Shown here piece by piece: positions 1-7,771 of a stretch of 64,000 nucleotides of DNA. The first letter of the stretch is position 1. Every line of letters starts with the position of its first letter. The notes below the pieces were generated by a model that ran no database searches, had not been told where the DNA came from, and worked only from the letters and a program-made list of their open reading frames with translations. Source of the stretch: Myxococcales bacterium (GTDB lineage: Bacteria; Myxococcota_A; UBA9042; JABWCM01; BTVJ01); the NCBI GenBank assembly GCA_045863395.1, contig BTVJ01000029.1:1-64000 (forward strand), read 5' to 3'. Made by a program: the position numbers and the translations under genes.

Positions 1-239
1 GCCCCCGTCGGCCACCGCGTCACCCTGTCCTCACTTCCTGAATCCAGGATAGCCGGTCCCGAACCGCCCCCACAACACAAAATCACATCAATTTCGCACC
101 GTTATGCGGGTCAACCCGGACCCAGGGTGGGGGCCGACCCTACCAAACTCCCCACACCCTGGGGTCCGCGCAGACCCTCCCCGGGTCGCACCTCATCACC
201 ACTACCTGACTTGACCCGAGCGTGGCTGTCTCGCCACTC

Positions 240-842
240 TCACGGCTGCGCTGGAGGCTCCTCCGGCCACCCGCGCCAGACCAGGTGCGCCAGGATCTCC
301 ACGTTCCCTGTCCCCCCTGGGACCGGCGAGTCCATGCGCGCCACGACCTCGAAGCCGAGCGCCAGGGCCTTCTTCTTGAAGCGGTTGAACGCGAGCTTCC
401 GCAGGTTCTTGCTCTGCACCACGCCCCCGGCCGGCACCAGCTCATGCGGGAGCTCGAACTGCGGCTTGACGAGCACGATCCCGTGCGCCCCTGGCCGGAG
501 CCGCAGCGCCACCGAGCGCATCATGCTGCGCGCGGACGCGAAGCTCACGTCCACCACGAAGACGTCGAAGGGCCCAGGCACGAGCCGAGGAGGCAGCGTG
601 CGGAAGTTCGTGCGCTCGTGGAGCGTGACGCGCGCATCTCCACGCAGCTCGTCGCGCATCTGCCCGTGGCCCACGTCGACCGCCGTCACGTGGGCAGCCC
701 CGGCCCGCAGGAGGCAGTCCGTGAAGCCCCCGGTGCTGGCGCCCACATCGAGCGCCACCCGTCCCCGTACATCCAGGCCAAGGTCACGCAGAGCGGCTGC
801 CAGCTTCAGCCCGCCCCTGCTTGCGTAGGGAGCATCGTCCAT
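240..842 (-). CDS. tlyA: TlyA-family rRNA 2'-O-methyltransferase (FtsJ domain only, no S4 domain)
   Basis: YASRGGLKL, LDVGASTGGFTDCLL, AVDVGHGQ, VDVSF, LVKPQFE and GNVE motifs. ATG at 842 (MDDAPY); the ORF track extends to a GTG at 908. Confidence 0.88.
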   Translation of the reverse strand: MDDAPYASRGGLKLAAALRDLGLDVRGRVALDVGASTGGFTDCLLRAGAAHVTAVDVGHGQMRDELRGDARVTLHERTNFRTLPPRLVPGPFDVFVVDVSFASARSMMRSVALRLRPGAHGIVLVKPQFELPHELVPAGGVVQSKNLRKLAFNRFKKKALALGFEVVARMDSPVPGGTGNVEILAHLVWRGWPEEPPAQP

Positions 843-849
843 GCGGTGT

Positions 850-878
850 AGCGTACCGCGGTCCGTCGGCCGTGGCGA
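850..878 (-). promoter_or_regulatory. Putative sigma70 promoter for a leaderless tlyA transcript
   Basis: Minus strand TCGCCA-17 nt-TACGCT, then 7 nt to the ATG, with no Shine-Dalgarno. Confidence 0.4.
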
Positions 879-977
879 GGAGGCGGGCGGCGAGACCTCC
901 ACGACCACCCAGAGACGCCGCAGGACCCCTCCACCGCGCCGAGGGCGGAGTCGTCCGCCCCCCAGGTGCGACGGGTG

Positions 978-2348
978 CTACCTGACTGTCCCAGGGCCGT
1001 CCGCGGGGATGCGCACGGTGAAGCAGCTCCCCACTCCGGGCTGACTCTGCACGGAGACGTCGCCACCGTGGGCCTGGACGATGGCCTTGGTGATGGCGAG
1101 CCCGAGGCCCGTGCTCGCCTCCCCCGCGGTGGGGCGGGCGGCCGCCTTCCCGAAGCGCGTGAAGAGCTTGCCGAGGTCCTCGGGCCCGATTCCCGCCCCC
1201 TGGTCGCGCACCTCGAGGACCAAGTCTCCCCGGTTACGGGCCACCCGGACGGTCACCGTGGTCCCAGCGGGCGAGAACTTGAGGGCGTTGGAGAACAGGT
1301 TGGCCAGCACCTGGTCCAACCGCCGCGGATCGACCACTGCGGACCCCACGTCGGCGGCCACGGAGACCTCCACCGCGATGCCCTTCCTGGCGGCCAGGAG
1401 CCGCATACCGCTGAGGCTCTGCGCGAGCCATGCGCCGACCTGGATCGGCAGGGCGTCGAGCACCAGGCGGCCCTCCTCGATGGCAGCGAAGTCCAGGAGG
1501 TCGCTGATCAGCGCCAGCATCTCGCCGCACGCGCGGTCCATGACGTCGAGGACACCGCGCCGCTGCTCCGCCGGCAGGGCGTCGTCGCGGAACAGGTCCA
1601 CGTAGCCCCGCACCACGGCGATGGGGTTCCGCAGATCGTGGGCGGCCATGCCCAGGAACCGGCCCTTCATCTCGTTCAGCTCGACGAGCTGCTGGTAGAG
1701 CCGGCCCTTCTCGACGCACACCGCGAGCTGGCCCGCGACTTGCCGAAACACCTCCGCGTGGGCTCGCGTGTACGTGTGGCGCGCCATGCTCGTGAAGAAC
1801 ATGAAGCCGACGGGCCGGCCCAGCGCCACGAGTGGGACGGTCAGGCTCGAGCGCATCCCCTCGGCGACGATGCGCTGCGTGGACTCGGAGTCCGGGTGCT
1901 GGGCGAGGTAGACCTCGAGGTCGTCGATGATCCGTGGCTCCAGGGTGGTGAGCAGCGGAGCGAGGCTGCTGCCGGCCAGCTCCGCGCTGTAGCCCCTCGC
2001 GATGTGCAGCTCCGGGGCCTCCGACCGGGCCCACCGAGCCGTCAGCGTGCGGCCCCCGTCGTCGATGAGCGAGAAGCCGATGCGGTCGTAGGGCAGCAGG
2101 GTCCTGAACGAGTCGTACACCCGGTCCAGGACCTCGTCGAGGACCATGCCGGAGTTCACCACCTCCGTGACCGCGGCGAGGCGCCGCAGCTCCTCGTAGC
2201 GTTCCTCCATCACCCTGGCAGCCTGCGCCAGGGCACGCCCGAGCTCCGCCACGTCGTCGCTGCCCGGCACCTCCACGGGGACGGCGCGCTCCCCCCGCCC
2301 CAGCGCCCTGACCGCATCGAGCAGCACCGCGATCCGCCCATCCGACAT
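978..2348 (-). CDS. Cytoplasmic HAMP-GAF sensor histidine kinase
   Basis: HAMP-like N-terminus (DDVAELGRAL), GAF region, H-box AAHDLRNP, N-box NLFSNALKFS, DQGAGI, STGLGLAI, GVGSCF. No TM segment seen. GAGGTG RBS before ATG 2348; alternative GTG at 2366. Confidence 0.92.
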   Translation of the reverse strand: MSDGRIAVLLDAVRALGRGERAVPVEVPGSDDVAELGRALAQAARVMEERYEELRRLAAVTEVVNSGMVLDEVLDRVYDSFRTLLPYDRIGFSLIDDGGRTLTARWARSEAPELHIARGYSAELAGSSLAPLLTTLEPRIIDDLEVYLAQHPDSESTQRIVAEGMRSSLTVPLVALGRPVGFMFFTSMARHTYTRAHAEVFRQVAGQLAVCVEKGRLYQQLVELNEMKGRFLGMAAHDLRNPIAVVRGYVDLFRDDALPAEQRRGVLDVMDRACGEMLALISDLLDFAAIEEGRLVLDALPIQVGAWLAQSLSGMRLLAARKGIAVEVSVAADVGSAVVDPRRLDQVLANLFSNALKFSPAGTTVTVRVARNRGDLVLEVRDQGAGIGPEDLGKLFTRFGKAAARPTAGEASTGLGLAITKAIVQAHGGDVSVQSQPGVGSCFTVRIPADGPGTVR

Positions 2349-2503
2349 GGCCGCCACCTCGCGCACGACGCCGAGACCGCCTCCAGACCCTGCTTCAACG
2401 GTGGACCCATCTCCAGTTCAGGTCAACCACACATTCAGAGTCGCTTCTCTGTCGTGCGCCGGCGCGCCCGGCGTCGGTCACAGCGGGGGGTGCCTGCCGT
2501 CCC

Positions 2504-2533
2504 TTGACACAGGACGCTCCCGGTGGGCATCGT
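2504..2533 (+). promoter_or_regulatory. Putative sigma70 promoter of purD-purM/purH
   Basis: Perfect TTGACA at 2504-2509, 18 nt spacer, weak -10 CATCGT. GGAGGAGG RBS before ATG 2576. Confidence 0.4.
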
Positions 2534-2575
2534 CCCGCCGCGGCGAGCCGCTCACCCACACGGAGGAGGCGCACC

Positions 2576-4882
2576 ATGAGCCCCAGGAGCCACACGGACG
2601 TCCTGGTCGTCGGCGGCGGCGGGCGTGAGCACGCCCTCGTCGAGGCGCTGGAGCGCTCCCCGCGCGCGGGGCGGATCCTGGTGGCCCCCGGGAACGGCGG
2701 CACTGACGGCACGCGGAGCCGCAACGTCCCCATCCCCGACCGGGACGTGTCGGCCTTGGTGGAGCTGGCCCGCTCGGAGGGAGTCCACCTGGTCATCGTC
2801 GGTCCCGAGGTGCCCCTTGCCGCTGGGCTCGCCGATGCCCTCCACGACGCAGGAATCCCCTGCTTCGGTCCATCTCGAGCCGCATCACGGCTGGAGTCGT
2901 CCAAGAGCTTCGCCAAGCACTTCATGGTGGCCAACAGCATCCCGACAGCGCGATTTTCGGCGCTCACGGATCTCGAGGAGGCCCTGACCCACCTGCGTCA
3001 GGCCCCGTACCCCGTCGTGGTGAAGGCCAGCGGGCTGGCCGCCGGAAAGGGCGTCGTCGTGCCGGACTCCCTCGCGGAGGCCGAGGCCGCGGTGCGCTCC
3101 ATGCTTGGTGATCGGGCGTTCGGTGAGGCGGGCCTGGAGGTGATCATCGAGGAGCGCCTCTCGGGCCCCGAGGTCTCGATCCTCGCCTTCTGCGACGGCA
3201 CCACCATCGTCCCCATGCCCCCGGCGCAGGATCACAAGCGCCTGCGCGACGGCGACGCCGGCCCCAACACCGGCGGCATGGGGGCCTGCGCCCCGACGCC
3301 CGCCGCGCCCCCGGGCCTCGTGGACGAGGTCGTGAGCAACGTCATGCGCCCGGCCGTCGACGCACTTCGCCGCGCCGGCACGCCGTACGTCGGGGTGCTC
3401 TACGCGGGCATGATGCTCACCCCACAAGGCCCCCGAACCCTTGAGTTCAACTGCCGCCTGGGAGACCCGGAGGCGGAGGTCCTGCTCCCACTGCTCCAGA
3501 CGGACCTGGTGGACGTCGCCCTCGCCTGCGTGGAGGGGCGCCTCGCCTCCCTCGACGTCCGCTGGAGCGGCGCTGCGGCGACGGTGGTCCTCGCCAGCGA
3601 GGGCTACCCCGCCGCCCCTAAGACCGGGCGCCTCGTAGAGGGCCTCGCAGAGGCCGCCTCCCTCCCCGGCGTCCACGTCTACCACGCCGGCACGCGCCGT
3701 GACGGGGACGCGGTCCTGACGAGCGGAGGCCGCGTCCTCGCCGTGACCGGCGCCGCCCCCACCCTCACCGCGGCCATCGCTACGGCCTACGAGGGCGTCG
3801 CGCGCATCCGCTTCGAGGGCATGCAGCACCGAAGGGACATCGGCGGCCGCGCGACCTATGCCGGCGCGGGCGTGGACATCGCGGCGGGCACCCGCGCCGT
3901 GGACCTCATGAAGGACGCGGTACGCTCCACCTACGGCCCCGAGGTGCTCGCTGGCATCGGCGCCTTCGGCGGCCTCTACGACGCGCGACGCCTGGCGGCC
4001 CTCGACGGGCCCGTCCTCGTCGCGTCCACCGACGGGGTCGGCACCAAGACCCGGGTCGCCGTCGCGATGGGCCGCTACGACACCATCGGCCGCGACCTCG
4101 TGAACCACTGCATCGACGACATCCTGGTCCAGGGGGCGCGGCCGCTCTTCTTCCTCGACTACTTCGCCGCCAGCCGCCTCGACCCCCAGATCGTCGCGGA
4201 CGTGGTGAGCGGCTGTGCGGCCGCCTGCCGCGAGGCCGGCTGCGCCCTGCTCGGCGGCGAGACGGCAGAGATGCCCGGCGTCTACGCAGCCGGCGAGCTG
4301 GACCTCGCCGGGACCATCGTCGGGTGGGTGGAGCGCGCCAAGGTCATCGACGGCTCCACCATCGCGCCGGGCGACCTCGTGGTCGGCCTCCCGAGCTCCG
4401 GGCTCCACACCAACGGCTACTCCCTGGCGCGCCGCGTGCTGGCCGGCCACGACCTGCGCGCCCATGACCCGCGCCTCGGCCGCTCGCTCGGCGACGCTCT
4501 CCTGGAGCCCCACCGGAGCTACCTGCCCCACGTGGAGCGCCTGTGGACCGCCGAGGTCCCCATCAAGGGCCTCGTGCACATCACCGGCGGTGGGCTCATC
4601 GACAACCCGCCGCGCATCCTCCCAGAGAGCATCGCCATGCGCTTCCACCCGGGGAGCTGGCCCGTGCCGCCCCTGTTCCGGGTCATCCAGGAGGCGGGCG
4701 TCATCGCCGACCTGGAGATGGCGCACGTGTTCAACGTGGGCCTCGGGCTGCTCGTGGTGGTGCCCGCCGCCGACGCCGAGCGCGCCTGCGCCGCGCTCGA
4801 CGAGGCGTGGATCGTCGGCGAGATCGTGGACCGGACCGGCCCCCCCGTCGAGCTGGCGGAGCGGTGGCTCTCGACCCTCTGA
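2576..4882 (+). CDS. purD-purM: Bifunctional phosphoribosylamine-glycine ligase / AIR synthetase (PurD-PurM fusion)
   Basis: PurD motifs [59 protein letters not shown] continue in frame into PurM motifs [57 protein letters not shown]. Confidence 0.95.
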   Translation: MSPRSHTDVLVVGGGGREHALVEALERSPRAGRILVAPGNGGTDGTRSRNVPIPDRDVSALVELARSEGVHLVIVGPEVPLAAGLADALHDAGIPCFGPSRAASRLESSKSFAKHFMVANSIPTARFSALTDLEEALTHLRQAPYPVVVKASGLAAGKGVVVPDSLAEAEAAVRSMLGDRAFGEAGLEVIIEERLSGPEVSILAFCDGTTIVPMPPAQDHKRLRDGDAGPNTGGMGACAPTPAAPPGLVDEVVSNVMRPAVDALRRAGTPYVGVLYAGMMLTPQGPRTLEFNCRLGDPEAEVLLPLLQTDLVDVALACVEGRLASLDVRWSGAAATVVLASEGYPAAPKTGRLVEGLAEAASLPGVHVYHAGTRRDGDAVLTSGGRVLAVTGAAPTLTAAIATAYEGVARIRFEGMQHRRDIGGRATYAGAGVDIAAGTRAVDLMKDAVRSTYGPEVLAGIGAFGGLYDARRLAALDGPVLVASTDGVGTKTRVAVAMGRYDTIGRDLVNHCIDDILVQGARPLFFLDYFAASRLDPQIVADVVSGCAAACREAGCALLGGETAEMPGVYAAGELDLAGTIVGWVERAKVIDGSTIAPGDLVVGLPSSGLHTNGYSLARRVLAGHDLRAHDPRLGRSLGDALLEPHRSYLPHVERLWTAEVPIKGLVHITGGGLIDNPPRILPESIAMRFHPGSWPVPPLFRVIQEAGVIADLEMAHVFNVGLGLLVVVPAADAERACAALDEAWIVGEIVDRTGPPVELAERWLSTL

Positions 4883-4901
4883 CCCCCACACAGGAGGACC
4901 C

Positions 4902-6419
4902 ATGGCTGCACGACGCGCGCTCCTCAGCGTTCACGACAAGCGGGGCCTGGCCGAGCTGGGCCGCGGCCTCGTCCGCCTCGGCTTCGAGCTGGTCGCCTCG
5001 GGCGGCACCGCCCGCGCCCTGGCCGACGCGGGCATGCCGGTGACGCCCGTCGAGGCGGTCACCGGCGCGCCCGAGATCCTCGGCGGCCGCGTCAAGACGC
5101 TGCACCCCCGCATTCACGGGGGCATCCTCGCGCGGCGCACCGAGGAGCACCTGGACGAGCTCGCCGCCCACGACATCGCGGCCATCGACGTCGTGGTGTG
5201 CAACCTCTACCCCTTCGCAGCCACCGTGGCCCGGCCCGGCGTCACCGAGGCCCAGGCCGTGGAGGAGATCGACATCGGCGGCGTCACCCTGCTGCGGGCC
5301 GCCGCAAAGAACTTCGAATCGGTCACGGTCATCGTGGACCCGGACGACTACGGCCGCCTCCTGGAGGTGCTCGCCGCTGGCGGCCCCACCCTCGAGCAGC
5401 GCCGGTCCCACGCCCTGCAGGCGTTTCGGCACACGGCCGCCTACGACGCCGCCATCGCCACCTGGCTCGGACGCACCGAGCCCGATGCCCTCCCGGGCGC
5501 CCTGACGCTCGTAGCCACGCGCACCCAGACCCTGCGCTACGGCGAGAACCCGCATCAGCGCGGGGCGCTCTACGCCTGGGCGGGCGCCTCCCCCGCCTTC
5601 ACGCAGCACCTGGGCAAGGAGCTATCCTACAACAACATCGTCGACCTGGAGGCGGCCTGGGCCATGGCGGCTGATTTTGCACCACCCACCGTCGCCATCG
5701 TCAAGCACACGAACCCGAGCGGCCTCTCCTGCGCCGCGACGCCGCTCCACGCCTACCGCGAGGCGCTGGCCTGCGACCCGGTCAGCGCCTTCGGGTCGAT
5801 CATCGCGGTCAACCGCGAGGTGGATCTCGCCTTCGTCGAGGAGGTCGGCGCCCTGTTCGTCGAGGTGCTGGTCGCGCCGTCCTTCACCGCCGACGCCCTG
5901 GAGTGGCTCGGGCGCAAGAAGAAGAACTGCCGCGTGCTGACCCTCGGCGACCCCGCCCCGGTCCCCCTGGAGATCCGCGCCGTGCGGGGCGGCCTCCTGG
6001 TGCAGACCCCCGACGACCGGGGCACGGACCAGAGCGCCTGGAAGGTCGTCACGAAGCGTGCCCCCACCGAGCCCGAGCTGGCCGCGCTCCGCTTCGTCTG
6101 GGTGGTCACCAAGCACGTGAAGTCCAACGCCATCGTGCTGGCGCAGGGCACCAACACCGTGGGCGTGGGCGCCGGCCAGATGAACCGGGTGGACTCGGTC
6201 GCCATCGCCGCGCGCCGCGCGGGGGACCGCGCCAGAGGCTCCGTCCTCGGCTCGGACGCCTTCTTCCCCTTCCCGGACGGCGTCGAGGCCGCCGCCGCCG
6301 CGGGCGTCACGGCCATCGCCCAGCCCGGCGGCAGCATCCGCGACGCGGAGGTCATCGAGGCCGCCGACCGCCTGGGCCTCGCCATGGTCTTCACAGGCGA
6401 GCGCCACTTCAAGCACTGA
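4902..6419 (+). CDS. purH: Bifunctional AICAR formyltransferase / IMP cyclohydrolase
   Basis: ALLSVHDK, GGRVKTLHP, IDIGGVTLLRAAAKN, LRYGENPHQ, GKELSYNN, KSNAIV, SDAFFPF, QPGGSIRD, RHFKH. AGGAGG RBS. Confidence 0.97.
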   Translation: MAARRALLSVHDKRGLAELGRGLVRLGFELVASGGTARALADAGMPVTPVEAVTGAPEILGGRVKTLHPRIHGGILARRTEEHLDELAAHDIAAIDVVVCNLYPFAATVARPGVTEAQAVEEIDIGGVTLLRAAAKNFESVTVIVDPDDYGRLLEVLAAGGPTLEQRRSHALQAFRHTAAYDAAIATWLGRTEPDALPGALTLVATRTQTLRYGENPHQRGALYAWAGASPAFTQHLGKELSYNNIVDLEAAWAMAADFAPPTVAIVKHTNPSGLSCAATPLHAYREALACDPVSAFGSIIAVNREVDLAFVEEVGALFVEVLVAPSFTADALEWLGRKKKNCRVLTLGDPAPVPLEIRAVRGGLLVQTPDDRGTDQSAWKVVTKRAPTEPELAALRFVWVVTKHVKSNAIVLAQGTNTVGVGAGQMNRVDSVAIAARRAGDRARGSVLGSDAFFPFPDGVEAAAAAGVTAIAQPGGSIRDAEVIEAADRLGLAMVFTGERHFKH

Positions 6420-6448
6420 CGTCCATCGACTCCCCGAGCGCACCGCTG

Positions 6449-7648
6449 TCAGTGGTCCAGGGGCGCCCCGTCGTGGGGGAACTCCTCGTAGGCCGGCTCC
6501 GGGTAGGAGCTGCCGCCCCGGAAGCCCCACCACATGCCCGCGCCGACGCCCGGCAGCAGCAGCCCGGTCAGGCTCGCGGGGTTCGAGAGACTGAGCTCCA
6601 CGGTCATGGACGAGCCGTCGAGCTTCGCCTCGGCCTTGCCGCCGAAGCGCTTCTTGGCCCAGGCGCCCGCCTCCATCAGCGTCGTCGCGTCGTCGGCGGC
6701 CACCTCCGCCGTGTCCGCCGCCTTGCGCCCTGCCGCCCAGGGCAGCACGCCGGCAGCGCCGTGGGCCGCCGCGTCCACCAGTGGCTCGATGGCGCCGATC
6801 AGGCTCGCCACGGACTGGGCCACGTGGGACATGCGAACCGCGAAGGCCGCGTTCTTCGCCACGAGGCGACCGCGGGCGGTCTTGCCCACCGCGTAGACCG
6901 CGTAGTCCGTCCCGCCCACGATGTCGCGCAGGATGCGATCCGACGGGCTCTTCAGCTCGGCCTCCATCCACGGGGCCGGCGCCACGTATACGAAGGAGCG
7001 GGTGTCGCCGTCCACCATCGCGGCGATGCGGGTGGAGGCGGAGCGCTCCGTGCCCTTCCAGGCCTTCTTGGCCACCACGTCCTGGACCAGCTCCCGCGGG
7101 CCGATGACCAGGGTGTTGGAGTCGGGCTGGGCGAGGACGTGGTCCTTGACCGGCCCGCCGTCCGGCAGCGGGTGGAGCTTGGCCCCCTTGAAGGTCTTGG
7201 CGGCCGCCGGCTTGTCGCCCAGGAGGTTCGCGGTCGACATCCCAGCGAGCTCACCGCGCACACGGAGCAGGACGCGCACGTCGTCCTTGCCCACCGTCGC
7301 GACGCTCAGCGTCACCGACCCGACCTGGGTGCGCGGGTTCACGCCCATCTCCTGGCCCACGGACTTGTAGACGTCGTCCATCATGGTTCGGACGTCCTTG
7401 AGGGCGCGCCCGAAGGTCACGCTCTGCTTCGCGAAGCCCAAGCCCTCCAGCTCGCCGACCATCGTGTCGACCATGGCCAGCGCCCCGCCGACGTCGACGT
7501 GCACCGCGAGGGCCGCGTCCGGCAGCACCGCCGCCGCGGCCTCCGCCGCCGTGTCCCGGGGCGCCTGCCCCCCATCGCCGCCACTCAGGCCGCCGAGCGT
7601 CCCAAGCAGGAAGACCATCACCATCCCTGCCACCTCTGCCATCGCCAT
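6449..7648 (-). CDS. Hypothetical exported or membrane-anchored protein (~399 aa)
   Basis: Only the C-terminal part of ORF 6449..10318 has normal composition. AGAGGAG RBS before ATG 7648; hydrophobic N-terminus and C-terminal LTGLLLPGVGAGMWW segment. Confidence 0.75.
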   Translation of the reverse strand: MAMAEVAGMVMVFLLGTLGGLSGGDGGQAPRDTAAEAAAAVLPDAALAVHVDVGGALAMVDTMVGELEGLGFAKQSVTFGRALKDVRTMMDDVYKSVGQEMGVNPRTQVGSVTLSVATVGKDDVRVLLRVRGELAGMSTANLLGDKPAAAKTFKGAKLHPLPDGGPVKDHVLAQPDSNTLVIGPRELVQDVVAKKAWKGTERSASTRIAAMVDGDTRSFVYVAPAPWMEAELKSPSDRILRDIVGGTDYAVYAVGKTARGRLVAKNAAFAVRMSHVAQSVASLIGAIEPLVDAAAHGAAGVLPWAAGRKAADTAEVAADDATTLMEAGAWAKKRFGGKAEAKLDGSSMTVELSLSNPASLTGLLLPGVGAGMWWGFRGGSSYPEPAYEEFPHDGAPLDH

Positions 7649-7771
7649 GTCTCCTCTATCCAGGGCGCCGGGCCCGTCCTGTGTGTGAGGCCGCACCATG
7701 ACAAGAATCCGTCGCCGCGACAAGCCTCCGCTGCTATCATCCGCGCCCGTCACCCAGCGAGGAGGGAAGAC

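Noticed and set aside
2349..2575. ZTP, PRPP or purine riboswitch upstream of the pur genes
   Set aside because: Could not find the ZTP (GACUG...CGCCUGGG) or ykkC-type consensus, and the candidate promoter leaves only a short leader. An Infernal scan would settle it.
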